64,000 nucleotides of DNA from the sequence record MH791414.1. One strand, given 5' to 3'. Under the pieces are notes generated by a model. The model saw only the letters and a list, made by a program, of their open reading frames with translations. It ran no database searches and was not told the DNA's origin. The first letter of the stretch is position 1. Each line of letters begins with the position of its first letter. Both the position numbers and the translations under genes were made by a program. This document shows positions 1 through 9,145 of the stretch, one piece after another.

Positions 1-2
1 AT

Positions 3-257
3 TTAGTCAAACCGAATTGTGGAGTTTTTGAAGAACAGACCAGAACACACCGCCCCTTCCACTCGCATACCACTCGCGATATTGGTTGCTTCAAACCCCG
101 TACTAAAAAAGTCTTTTTCATCACAGGACAAGAAAGAATATCCAGTGATACGAATATCAGTATAACCATTTTTAGACAGAGTATTTCGGGCACCATCAGC
201 ATCGGTACAACCAGATAATGCCACAACCATCAACAGACTTGCAATAACTTTTTTCAT
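3..257 (-). CDS. small phage lipoprotein
   Basis: Signal peptide with lipobox (MKKVIASLLMVVALSG-C); SD GGAG upstream; first gene after the promoter at 290-317. Confidence 0.8.
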   Translation of the reverse strand: MKKVIASLLMVVALSGCTDADGARNTLSKNGYTDIRITGYSFLSCDEKDFFSTGFEATNIASGMRVEGAVCSGLFFKNSTIRFD

Positions 258-289
258 TTGTATTCTCCGTTTCGTTGTTTACGGGAGAC

Positions 290-317
290 ATCTTATCATC
301 TGTACTCCCAGTGTCAA
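290..317 (-). promoter_or_regulatory. sigma70-like early promoter
   Basis: TTGACA (317-312), 16 bp, TGA-TAAGAT (extended -10, 295-290), with A/T-rich UP-like tract upstream. Confidence 0.7.
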
Positions 318-641
318 CAATTTTTTAAGATTTTTTCAGTCGGTCTTGGATGACCTCATCGAGACAAGCCCCGCCGTTGTACCATAAGGCGCTAAACTCT
401 ATGGTCCCATCATCATTATGTGTGATGGAGACATCCCCATATGGGTCAAGATCTACCATATCCAAAACTTGATAAACTTTACCATGTAGGATCATGAACT
501 TTTCGTCGTTTTCCCAGTCCATTTCGTAGAACTGTTCAACGTATGAATATCCTTCATCTGGAACGATACCACGACCACGTAGAAACGTTTCCGCAGAAAC
601 CCCCAAGGGAAGGATTTTACCCTTTTTAAACTCCATCTCGC

Positions 642-1115
642 TCATTTGTTTGTCCTGATAAAATAGTTGTACATACTATGTGATTTGTCATTAGTGACTT
701 CTTCTTTAAACCAATAAGGAACATTATCAAAAGCTAATGCTTGTTCCACAGTTTGAAATTCAATTTCCGCATATACGAATGGGAAATCTTCCATCAAATC
801 CAATTCGATGGTTACATCTCCATATGGAATTTTATACCTAGTTTTTCTAACTGGTTTGCTATTTTGGGAATTGATAATTCCCCAGAAGACATCACCGTCG
901 ATCTCGTCTTCTAGTTCTTCACGGTTAATTCCGGTTCCTGTTTTGATCGTCTTGATATAGGAATTCCACCCATGGAATGTTTCCACGTGGCGATATCTAA
1001 CGCCATCAATATACCATTGTTTTTGATATTCTAGGTCTTCTTCGAATTCGTCAATCATTTTCCAAGGGATGAAAGGTCGGTCAACAACCCACTTACGTTC
1101 TATTTCACGCGCCAT
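642..1115 (-). CDS. CYTH-domain protein (triphosphate tunnel metalloenzyme)
   Basis: N-terminal ExExK (EIERK), RxR, KxK, RKTRY and AEIEF motifs. Confidence 0.8.
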   Translation of the reverse strand: MAREIERKWVVDRPFIPWKMIDEFEEDLEYQKQWYIDGVRYRHVETFHGWNSYIKTIKTGTGINREELEDEIDGDVFWGIINSQNSKPVRKTRYKIPYGDVTIELDLMEDFPFVYAEIEFQTVEQALAFDNVPYWFKEEVTNDKSHSMYNYFIRTNK

Positions 1116-1369
1116 TATTCACACCGTAATGTTTTTTAAATTCATCTTCTGACAAAATCATAGTGTCATCCCACCCATTATCGTTTACATATCTCAGAAT
1201 ATAGTCCCCTTCTGTTACTGGGAGTTTTCCGATCATACAACGACCTTTGGCGAATGGACTACGGTCTTTTTCAAAACCGTGTGCTAGACCATAGAAATAA
1301 TTTTTTATTTGTTCGATACCTTCTGAACTATAAATGAATTGGATAGCATAGGGATTTTCGGGATATTTC

Positions 1370-1870
1370 TTAAGACTGTACTTTTTCATGTACCTTTACC
1401 TTCAAATTTTGCATGTGTATTTCTTCGTATTCCCAATGAATAGTATCCTTCTCAATATTACGATCATACCAACCGCAATATACATGGACATGTTCTTTGA
1501 GAGTATTGATAAGGTCATTATTATCTAATTCCCCATCGGTTGGAATAGATACGATTGTTGTGTTTTCTCCATTCCAACATGGATACTCACACCAAAGCAT
1601 GAAATAATTTTGTTCTTTCTTTCCTTTTTTGTAGTATCCGATTGTATTCTGAATAAATTGTAAAGGATACGACAAAAGAATAAAGGGCCAAAATAAACTC
1701 AAAAATCCGATGAACTTCCAAGAACCGGGAGCGTTGATAGGAAATTTATGATCTAACTCACCGAATTTTTTATAACGATACCATTCGTATGAATATACAC
1801 ATACCCCGAATAAAATCGATATACCAATATACCCGGCGAGTGCATATAAAATATAAAGGAGATAAGTCAT
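1370..1870 (-). CDS. membrane protein, hypothetical
   Basis: Two hydrophobic segments (res ~3-28 and ~53-71). Confidence 0.55.
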   Translation of the reverse strand: MTYLLYILYALAGYIGISILFGVCVYSYEWYRYKKFGELDHKFPINAPGSWKFIGFLSLFWPFILLSYPLQFIQNTIGYYKKGKKEQNYFMLWCEYPCWNGENTTIVSIPTDGELDNNDLINTLKEHVHVYCGWYDRNIEKDTIHWEYEEIHMQNLKVKVHEKVQS

Positions 1871-2135
1871 TTTTCTATCACCGAATCGAGGACCGGGTTC
1901 GTATATTCCACGAATTCATATCCGTGCATAATGAAATATGAAGTATCCTCAAAAGGAGTATACCCATTTATTTGAACTACATCACTACCAAGAAATCCAA
2001 ATTCAAATTCATCATCTGGTGTGAACTGTACAAATATGTCATGAACGACCCTTGCTTCTTGATACCCTTCTTTAATTTCATCACAGATAAGTTCCATGAA
2101 TTTATCGTAATGTTCGTCACTTTTAAATTTATATT

Positions 2136-2426
2136 TCATTTTTCCACCAATTCGTAGGTTTCCATAAAGATATCTGGTTTACAAGGATAGTGTTCGCCAT
2201 GAACACCCCGAATGATCCAGTCACCGACCGATGCGGTTACGTTCCCCTCTAGGGTGAAAATTTTAAATTTGTTTTGGTCTTTTTTAACGTAATTTTGATA
2301 TTCATCAAAAGAACTAAACCATTCATCAAACCTTGGATGTTTACCAGTGAACTCCAAAACTTCTGACAAGTTTTCACCTGTCCATTTAATGGCTTCTATG
2401 ATAACCGGTTTTTTTCTAAAAAGCAT
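2136..2426 (-). CDS. conserved phage hypothetical protein (KKPVxIEA...TLEG...GDWII...YPCKPDIF family)
   Basis: Characteristic motif string of a widespread phage family, recognised from memory. Confidence 0.7.
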   Translation of the reverse strand: MLFRKKPVIIEAIKWTGENLSEVLEFTGKHPRFDEWFSSFDEYQNYVKKDQNKFKIFTLEGNVTASVGDWIIRGVHGEHYPCKPDIFMETYELVEK

Positions 2427-3815
2427 ATTAGTTTTCCTTAATAAAAGACACTACAGAATCATAACCAAGCAAAGCATTAATATAAACTTCACCTCGTTCC
2501 GAACCATGAAAGATCATAGATAATACTGTTTCAGTATCGATTTTGAAATGGTATTCAACACGTGGGATTCCGGTTTCAATGTTTTTTACGGAAACATCAA
2601 TATCACCTAAATGTTCTTTCCGGAGAAGTTTTAAAGATTGTGCGATAGTCGATTTATGGACTTCTCCCATGTTACCCACTGCTTTATAAAACGCATCCTC
2701 TTGAACCAACCGGATACCTTTTTTGGCTTTGAGGATAATCTTTTCAACCCCTTGGGTTCTATCATAACTCATACGATGGTTCATTTAATAGTCTCGCTTT
2801 TTGAAAGTTAACTTTACTTTCCAATTGACATGATCAAATAATGAGAAATTCCAACATAAGAGTTCGTAACCAACCTCGTTTGCGCAAATTTCTGCATCGT
2901 TGAGAACATCTTGAATGATATATTCCCACATTTTCCCTTCATACTTTTTAAACCCTGCGTTTGGGAATAAAGTTTGTAGACTAGTAGCATCAACTACAAC
3001 AATTTTATCTTTCCAGAGCGTCATAATCAATCCCACCCAAGTTTTTGAATACGAACCAGATCACCAACCTCAACCGCGTTTTCCAACATAAAGCGATGAG
3101 TAATGCAGAAACCCTCTTCGCCGAATTGTTGAACTGCAACCAACACCCGATCCGGGTATACATAGTTTCGAGTAACTGCACCGGTTAGACCGGCACTTTC
3201 CAAAATACACATGATGTCGTCACGATAAACAACACTAGAACCACGACCAATAAGACGTTGGATGAAATCATAATCAGTCATAAATATTCTCCTTATACAC
3301 ACAAAATTGCGTGAAGCATATTAATATAAACCGGATAATAATCTTGCTTGTGGCATTCCTTTACTACCTGTGCATGATCATACCCGTTCATCATCCAACT
3401 GTCAACAGTTGCTTTATCAATTGGTCGATGTGGGTTACCAGAAAGACGGACAATGATCGTGTGTGGTGATTTGTAAATGACCCACTCATTATGACCTACC
3501 ATAGCCTTTCCATTTTTGATGATCTCTTTTCTGATATCGTCTTGAATGTAGTCTAACATTTTCAACCCTCTTATTTCTCTAGATATACTTCAATTGCAGC
3601 AACGACTTGGGTGATTTTGTCACATTCACTAGTAAGGGTGTTGATTTCCTGTTCATAATGACTTCGGACGTCATCCGGAATCACTATAGATAACGAGTTG
3701 ATGACCTCTGAAATCGACTCGATCCGGACCTTTTTTTCGAAGTAAAGATCACTCATTACGTCTTTGATGAACTGATATTCCATGGTTTTCCCCTTTTGTT
3801 TAGTTTACGAGATAC

Positions 3816-3843
3816 ATTTTACACATAAAAATAAAAGGGTCAA
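3816..3843 (-). promoter_or_regulatory. sigma70-like early promoter overlapping a terminator
   Basis: TTGACC (3843-3838), 16 bp, TAAAAT (3821-3816); SD AGGGG before ATG at 3783. Confidence 0.6.
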
Positions 3844-3864
3844 GTGATTTCTCACAAGACCCTT
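3835..3864 (-). terminator. intrinsic terminator after 3869..4198
   Basis: AAGGGTC...GACCCTT stem with inner GTGA/TCAC pairing, followed on the minus strand by TTATTTTTAT. Confidence 0.65.
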
Positions 3865-3868
3865 AAAA

Positions 3869-4198
3869 TTATTTCTTCAACATCCCCGCCAGCTTATGCC
3901 GAGCAAGGTTCATGCTTTGTTGTGTATCTGCTTGGGCACGTTTCCAAGTCACTTTACCGAAATCCTCGATAGGACTGATGTTAACTTTGGAATCTACGTT
4001 TTCCTTAACCCAACGCTTCCATTCTGCTTGTTGCAGTTCGTAATATCGCTTTGCCTCTCGCATCCCGGCAGTGTTCATTTTAGCCTGAACAGAGTCTAAC
4101 ATAGTGATATATTGTTGAACGATCCGGTTATAGTCTTTCGCGGTTTTCTTCTCAAAAGCCTCGTCAATGCGCTCAAAGAATTTTTCATTCGATATCAT
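3869..4198 (-). CDS. putative internal head (capsid-packaged) protein
   Basis: N-terminus MISNEKFFERIDE ends in an I-x-E gp21-type cleavage motif and resembles that of 4480..5031; basic mature part. Confidence 0.45.
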   Translation of the reverse strand: MISNEKFFERIDEAFEKKTAKDYNRIVQQYITMLDSVQAKMNTAGMREAKRYYELQQAEWKRWVKENVDSKVNISPIEDFGKVTWKRAQADTQQSMNLARHKLAGMLKK

Positions 4199-4487
4199 TA
4201 TCTTCTACCTCTTCGTCAAAACTCTCCATATATTCTAAAGGATTGTACCCAGAAATGGAAGTCCCCAACAGAGAAACCAACCATTCGATTTTTTCTTGGT
4301 CGTCTGTCACAACTTCTAGGTCCGACTCGTCCAGTGTTCCATACACTTCAGAATGTTTACCTAGGATCTCACCAAAATAAACCCGATGACCAATTCGGCT
4401 TTCAATTTCTTTACTGTTAGCAACGAATAGTCCTTCTACGCTACCCTGCCGACCACAGTCCCAATAAAACCGATAAAGCTTAAACAT
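4185..4487 (-). CDS. conserved phage hypothetical protein
   Basis: YWDCGRQGSVEGLFVA...YFGEILGKHSEVYG motif family; acidic. Confidence 0.6.
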   Translation of the reverse strand: MFKLYRFYWDCGRQGSVEGLFVANSKEIESRIGHRVYFGEILGKHSEVYGTLDESDLEVVTDDQEKIEWLVSLLGTSISGYNPLEYMESFDEEVEDNDIE

Positions 4488-5031
4488 TTTCAGTATCCTC
4501 TACATCAAACACAATAATATCATCTACATCTTGACCGATAAGATCTTTGGCTTCATTCAGCATACCTTGGAACTCTTCAGACAACATAAGTTGCTCTACC
4601 AAAGCTTCCATCAGAGCTTGTTTTTGCCCAGCACCCAACTGTTTCTGGGAGATTTTACCACCAGTACCTTTCGGCATAACAGTTACAAAATTAACCTCGC
4701 GACCCTTTACAGAAGCTACAACAGATTGGTTTTCGCTTTGACTATGGAACATGTAAGTACCAGACTTTATCTTGTTATCTTCGACATGCTTAATCATTTT
4801 GCGGGCGAATGATTTCCAATCTTCTGCGCTTTTATCGCTACGCCGTTGAATACTGCGGGCTTGTGCGTGAACCGAACTTTGCACCTTATAGGCACCGACG
4901 CGCATTGATACCGGTAGTTTTGCTTTTTTACTCAGCTCAAATTCTTGATCTTTTGTTAAAGTGACTACTTGATTTCGAGATAGCTGCATACTCTCATCAA
5001 GTCTTTTGAAAAAACTCTCAGCAGTGATCAT
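4480..5031 (-). CDS. putative internal head protein with BECR/RelE-like core
   Basis: True start probably ATG 5031 (SD AAGGA). N-term MITAESFFKRLDE, core HAQARSIQRR...FVTVMP, tail with repeated L-x-E and an acidic end. Confidence 0.45.
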   Translation of the reverse strand: MITAESFFKRLDESMQLSRNQVVTLTKDQEFELSKKAKLPVSMRVGAYKVQSSVHAQARSIQRRSDKSAEDWKSFARKMIKHVEDNKIKSGTYMFHSQSENQSVVASVKGREVNFVTVMPKGTGGKISQKQLGAGQKQALMEALVEQLMLSEEFQGMLNEAKDLIGQDVDDIIVFDVEDTENV

Positions 5032-5064
5032 TTTCAATCTTTCCTTTTTCGTTATTAGTATATG

Positions 5065-5071
5065 TATTTAG
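5065..5071 (-). promoter_or_regulatory. late-promoter-like motif CTAAATA
   Basis: Variant of T4 late TATAAATA, just downstream of a terminator and about 34 nt before ATG 5031. Confidence 0.55.
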
Positions 5072-5081
5072 GATAAAAGAA

Positions 5082-5097
5082 AGGGGCAAGTGCCCCT
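5082..5097 (-). terminator. intrinsic terminator
   Basis: AGGGGC/GCCCCT stem followed on the minus strand by TTCTTTT. Confidence 0.7.
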
Positions 5098-5100
5098 AAT

Positions 5101-5259
5101 TTAAAACAGGTTTGAATAAAATTCCGGTCTTAGAACGAAGATCTCAAAGAGGAAGCCCATCACAATAGCAACAAAAAACGAAATTTTCTCTTTTTTATTT
5201 TTGCTATAGAGCATACCCAACCCACATAAAAAACCAAACAACCATAACATGAAATTCAT
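5101..5259 (-). CDS. 52-aa membrane protein (below ORF-track cutoff)
   Basis: Manual translation MNFMLWLFGFLCGLGMLYSKNKKEKISFFVAIVMGFLFEIFVLRPEFYSNLF; SD GAGGTG. Confidence 0.6.
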   Translation of the reverse strand: MNFMLWLFGFLCGLGMLYSKNKKEKISFFVAIVMGFLFEIFVLRPEFYSNLF

Positions 5260-5266
5260 AAACACC

Positions 5267-5407
5267 TCAACTCATAGCAACAAAGGCCAACCCAGAGAGA
5301 CCAGACGCAACGTATCCGATGGTACAGGCTGTTTGTACGTTAGCACGCACTGACCGAACAGAACTAACGAAGAACACAGCACACATAACACCAAACAATA
5401 CAGTCAT
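5267..5407 (-). CDS. 46-aa membrane protein (below ORF-track cutoff)
   Basis: Manual translation MTVLFGVMCAVFFVSSVRSVRANVQTACTIGYVASGLSGLAFVAMS; SD AGGAG. Confidence 0.6.
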   Translation of the reverse strand: MTVLFGVMCAVFFVSSVRSVRANVQTACTIGYVASGLSGLAFVAMS

Positions 5408-6235
5408 TTAATCTCTCCTAATCAATCAACAAGTACATTGTAGTATGTCTGATTTGAGAAATCAACGGGTTTTTGGCCCCCGGTGTAAAATAAAATTGTT
5501 TCACCTAGGTTCTTGGATGGTAGTGGTAGTTTGTTTAGATAACAATTCCACCTAACGCCATCTGGACAATCTGCATATTTCCAAATCCATGTTATGATGT
5601 CATTCATTTCATATTTTTAACCTTTAGTTTCCCACAACACGAGCATCTAAGATCGTACCTAATATAAGATATCCATCCCGTTATTGTAGTATCTTTTACT
5701 TCATAAGAGTTTATTACTTTATACTCGTGGACACCAAAAAAACACCACCACTTTTTGTTCATTTTCCAAACCTGACATCAGATCCACGTGGTAATTTTGT
5801 GATGTGAATGACACCGAAAATCGAAACCCGGATTTTACCCTTGTCATTCTTACCCCATACAACACTTTTGGCTAGTTTTGTTTCGATCTTACCTTTAACA
5901 TCGAACCATACAGACCACAACTTCCATTTTAATTGATTCCAATCAAACATCTTTTTTAACTCCTTCGGACAGAATATGTCCCATGTTTTTATGATGGGTC
6001 GCAACCCCAGATTCTTGAACGATTAAAACGTGACCAACTTCGTTTTTAAGTGAGTTGATATAAACTTTATCAAAAATGTTATTATATGTAGCCATACAGT
6101 TCTGTGTGTAAACTTTACAACCTATATACACAAACATTTCTAGGGAAAGATTCCTCGTCAAAGAAACCCCCTCAGATTCGATAACGGCTTTTGTTTTATC
6201 CAAAATCTTGTAAAAATCGCGACCTACTTGCATAA

Positions 6236-7396
6236 TTACACCTTCAAGAAATCTTTATGTTGAATTTGTTCTTTAAATATATTATCGAAACCTAGTAACT
6301 CAGTCAACCGATTTCTACATGCAATGACGTTATCTTCTACTATGTCAAATCCATAAAGATTGTGGGCGATATCTTCCGGGTTATGACCTAGCTCCAATCT
6401 CTTTTCTGCGATGCGATATAGGATGTTTCCATCTCCACACGCCGGATCGAGAAAAGACCCGTCCCAGTTAACAACCCTCGATAGTAACATATCCGTTACA
6501 ATGTTAGGTGTAAACACCTCATGAGTTGATTTCTGACGCTCTATGTCAAACTTTGACGCTACCCTATTCTTATCCACTATGTGGGTCCCTGAATGATATT
6601 TCCCACGTGATTCTACATCGTAGTAAGGTAAGATTCCCATATAGTCACAAATCCATTCACGAATAGTTGGGAGTGGTTTGGATAGATCTGGGTATGGTAC
6701 TGATGCAAGAGTACCAGAATCTAGATGTTGATTATTCTTATATAGTGCCAAGAACACCCTAGCATAATCGGATTTTATATATTCTAAGAACTTGTTAGCT
6801 TCCTCTAACGTATCAAATCCGTAATGATGCCATTTAAGGTTTGGTTCTGTTTCTACTTTGTATTCTTTTGGAACCATTGTAAAGAAATCAGAGTTGAACC
6901 TCTCTCCGGAAATCGGTATATGACCACGAATCAACCCAATATTTACGAAATAGTTTCCTTTTGGGTTTTGATTATCCAAAAGGTTTTTTGAAACCGGTAA
7001 TACGTCATACAGTTTTTTAATCTTTGTTCCGAAATAGTTGAGTTCGTCAACCTTCATCCGATCTCGACCATTTGTCATAGGTCCATATACCTCGATATAC
7101 CCATCATATGGCAACTTACAGATTGTGTGAGTTATAGATAACGGGACAAACAGACCAGCAGAAAAATATAGGTTACCATCAATGAGTTCCATTGAAGTCA
7201 TATTCTGGCTAATTATCTTTTTGAAGTCAGTCACCCGTTTCTGTTCTCTAACTGGACGACGATTAAAAAACGGTGCTGATGGATGGATACACACGATCTC
7301 TTTCGAAATTGTGTGTGCCTTATTGAAGAAATCTAGATGAAGGTTTCTTAAATAAGGTGGATTCATAATAACATAATCAAACATTCGATTATTCAT
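6236..7396 (-). CDS. DNA amino-methyltransferase (N6A/N4C), circularly permuted gamma-type motifs
   Basis: FDYVIMNPPY (motif IV) at the N-terminus; EVFTP (X), FLDPACGDG (I), YGFDI (II) and DFL (III) at the C-terminus. Confidence 0.8.
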   Translation of the reverse strand: MNNRMFDYVIMNPPYLRNLHLDFFNKAHTISKEIVCIHPSAPFFNRRPVREQKRVTDFKKIISQNMTSMELIDGNLYFSAGLFVPLSITHTICKLPYDGYIEVYGPMTNGRDRMKVDELNYFGTKIKKLYDVLPVSKNLLDNQNPKGNYFVNIGLIRGHIPISGERFNSDFFTMVPKEYKVETEPNLKWHHYGFDTLEEANKFLEYIKSDYARVFLALYKNNQHLDSGTLASVPYPDLSKPLPTIREWICDYMGILPYYDVESRGKYHSGTHIVDKNRVASKFDIERQKSTHEVFTPNIVTDMLLSRVVNWDGSFLDPACGDGNILYRIAEKRLELGHNPEDIAHNLYGFDIVEDNVIACRNRLTELLGFDNIFKEQIQHKDFLKV

Positions 7397-7414
7397 TTTC
7401 TCACCAAAAGGAAA

Positions 7415-7428
7415 GGGGGTTTCCCCCC
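7415..7428 (-). terminator. intrinsic terminator upstream of the MTase
   Basis: G5/C6 stem with 3-nt loop, followed on the minus strand by TTTCCTTTT. Confidence 0.55.
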
Positions 7429-7664
7429 TCGTTTATTCAACTTTATCAATTTCACCAATAATACTTTCAACAAACCCCACTAGGGAATGGAAATCCCCAA
7501 ACAAAGCCTCGTCCACTTCTTCGATAAAAAACACTTTTCGAAATGAATCATATTTCACATGTAGGTCTGTAACCATAAAGATATTATAATCACGCTTCAT
7601 ACGAACAGTTACTTTGCAAACCGGTACGTTTTCCATGATTTTTTCGATATTGATATTGTACATA

Positions 7665-8132
7665 TTAGTATTCCTCGTCAGTTGTTAAGATTGTAATTAC
7701 TCGGTCTTGATTTCTAACAATTCGTACATCGTCTGGGGGATTTTTTACATACTCCCGAATCCGGACTTGTGCGTTTATATCCAGTATACCATATTTTACC
7801 ATGTACCAAACACAATACATATCTCGGTCTTTTATCGTAAACTTCGGATATTCATTTTGAAGGATCCTATCATCTATTGTGATATTTTCAATTCGTTGAA
7901 AGTACCTGACAATAAAATGATCGGTTAGGTTTAATACACCAACAGTTCGCCATGTGCTGTATTTATAATTATCTTCGATCCTCCCACCAAGATAATCCCC
8001 CGGTCGTAATGTGTGCTCAACTTGTTCTAAGATCCTATGAGCGTTTGCAATTTCGTCATTTATCAACTGGATCTGTCTATTCATTCTAGCAATTTTATTT
8101 GGGGTTGCTCCCTTCACTCTACGTCCATTCAT
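7665..8132 (-). CDS. hypothetical protein, N-terminal coiled coil plus possible BECR-like domain
   Basis: TDHFIVRYFQR and C-terminal RVITILT resemble the H-x-x-x-R-x-x-Q-R ... VxT pattern. Confidence 0.4.
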   Translation of the reverse strand: MNGRRVKGATPNKIARMNRQIQLINDEIANAHRILEQVEHTLRPGDYLGGRIEDNYKYSTWRTVGVLNLTDHFIVRYFQRIENITIDDRILQNEYPKFTIKDRDMYCVWYMVKYGILDINAQVRIREYVKNPPDDVRIVRNQDRVITILTTDEEY

Positions 8133-8458
8133 AGATACTCCATTTGGGTTTTAAACTACTTCTAAATGGTCTATGCAAAATACCACATTTGATGTTTCAT
8201 TGTCAATATCCACCGATTCAGAAATAAAACATCCGATAATAGATACACTTCCGATCTTACTGGATACGACTGCATCAAATTTTCCGCCAAAGGATAATAG
8301 AAAGTCTGCTTCATCTTTACTAATTACAGCTTCCCAATTTTTGACAAAACTTCGACCCATACATCCAAAATGTGGAAGTAGATCTTGCTGTATAGTTGGA
8401 TACCTTTTAATAACAGAACTTATTTCCTTATATCCCTTTATATCTATCTTAGCTAACA

Positions 8459-9145
8459 TCACCAACCTTCCATCGGAAATTCCAAATAAACTTGTGCATT
8501 TTGACGAATTTCATTAGTGATCTTTTTTACCCGGTCTGTATTACGACTTACTCGACCAAACCAGCGCCAACCATTACCGACAGTTTTTGACCCGGTATGC
8601 CAAGTTTGCCAATCAAATTGAAGCAACGTCCGATCCGGTGCAGTATGCATTACCAGTTCACCACTGTCAATCTTTTCTAAAACTTCTTTATGCCATTGAC
8701 GATAGATCAATTCACCGTCAGGAACCTGAGTAAATTCAGATTCTCCAATTGCGAAGTGTGTGGGGCAAATATCCGCGTTAACGAGTCCTAGAATGTGTTC
8801 TGAGAGATATCGGGGGTTGTCGTAATCTGGTTGTCCAGCTGTGATGAAGTGTTGCCCTACGGGGATATCAGGGCGTGGTACGTCATCGTGATGATAACCG
8901 GGTATTGCCGGATACCATCCGGGCATGAGCATATGAACACGAGAATCGAAAACTACATCGTCGTATTGCCACTCTTTGGGTAACTTTGCAATGAAACTTC
9001 GAGTAATCGGTCCACCATGTATAATTGCAAAAGCAAGATCGCAGTTGAAGAACATTGGTTCATTTTTGATTTCGTCGTTAGACACATTTGTAGCAAACGA
9101 ACCACGATTTTGGAATTGAGAATTAAAAATTTTTGAACTTTTCAT
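8459..9145 (-). CDS. 2OG-Fe(II) dioxygenase-like protein
   Basis: H-x-D (GYHHDD), distal His (TWHTG) and downstream Arg (WRWFGR). Confidence 0.7.
   Translation of the reverse strand: MKSSKIFNSQFQNRGSFATNVSNDEIKNEPMFFNCDLAFAIIHGGPITRSFIAKLPKEWQYDDVVFDSRVHMLMPGWYPAIPGYHHDDVPRPDIPVGQHFITAGQPDYDNPRYLSEHILGLVNADICPTHFAIGESEFTQVPDGELIYRQWHKEVLEKIDSGELVMHTAPDRTLLQFDWQTWHTGSKTVGNGWRWFGRVSRNTDRVKKITNEIRQNAQVYLEFPMEGW

Larger units (their letters stand above)
325..3783 (-). other. run of tightly packed small hypothetical ORFs (about 11 genes)
   Basis: ORF track shows abutting or overlapping minus-strand ORFs with SD sequences; most have no recognisable family. Confidence 0.7.
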
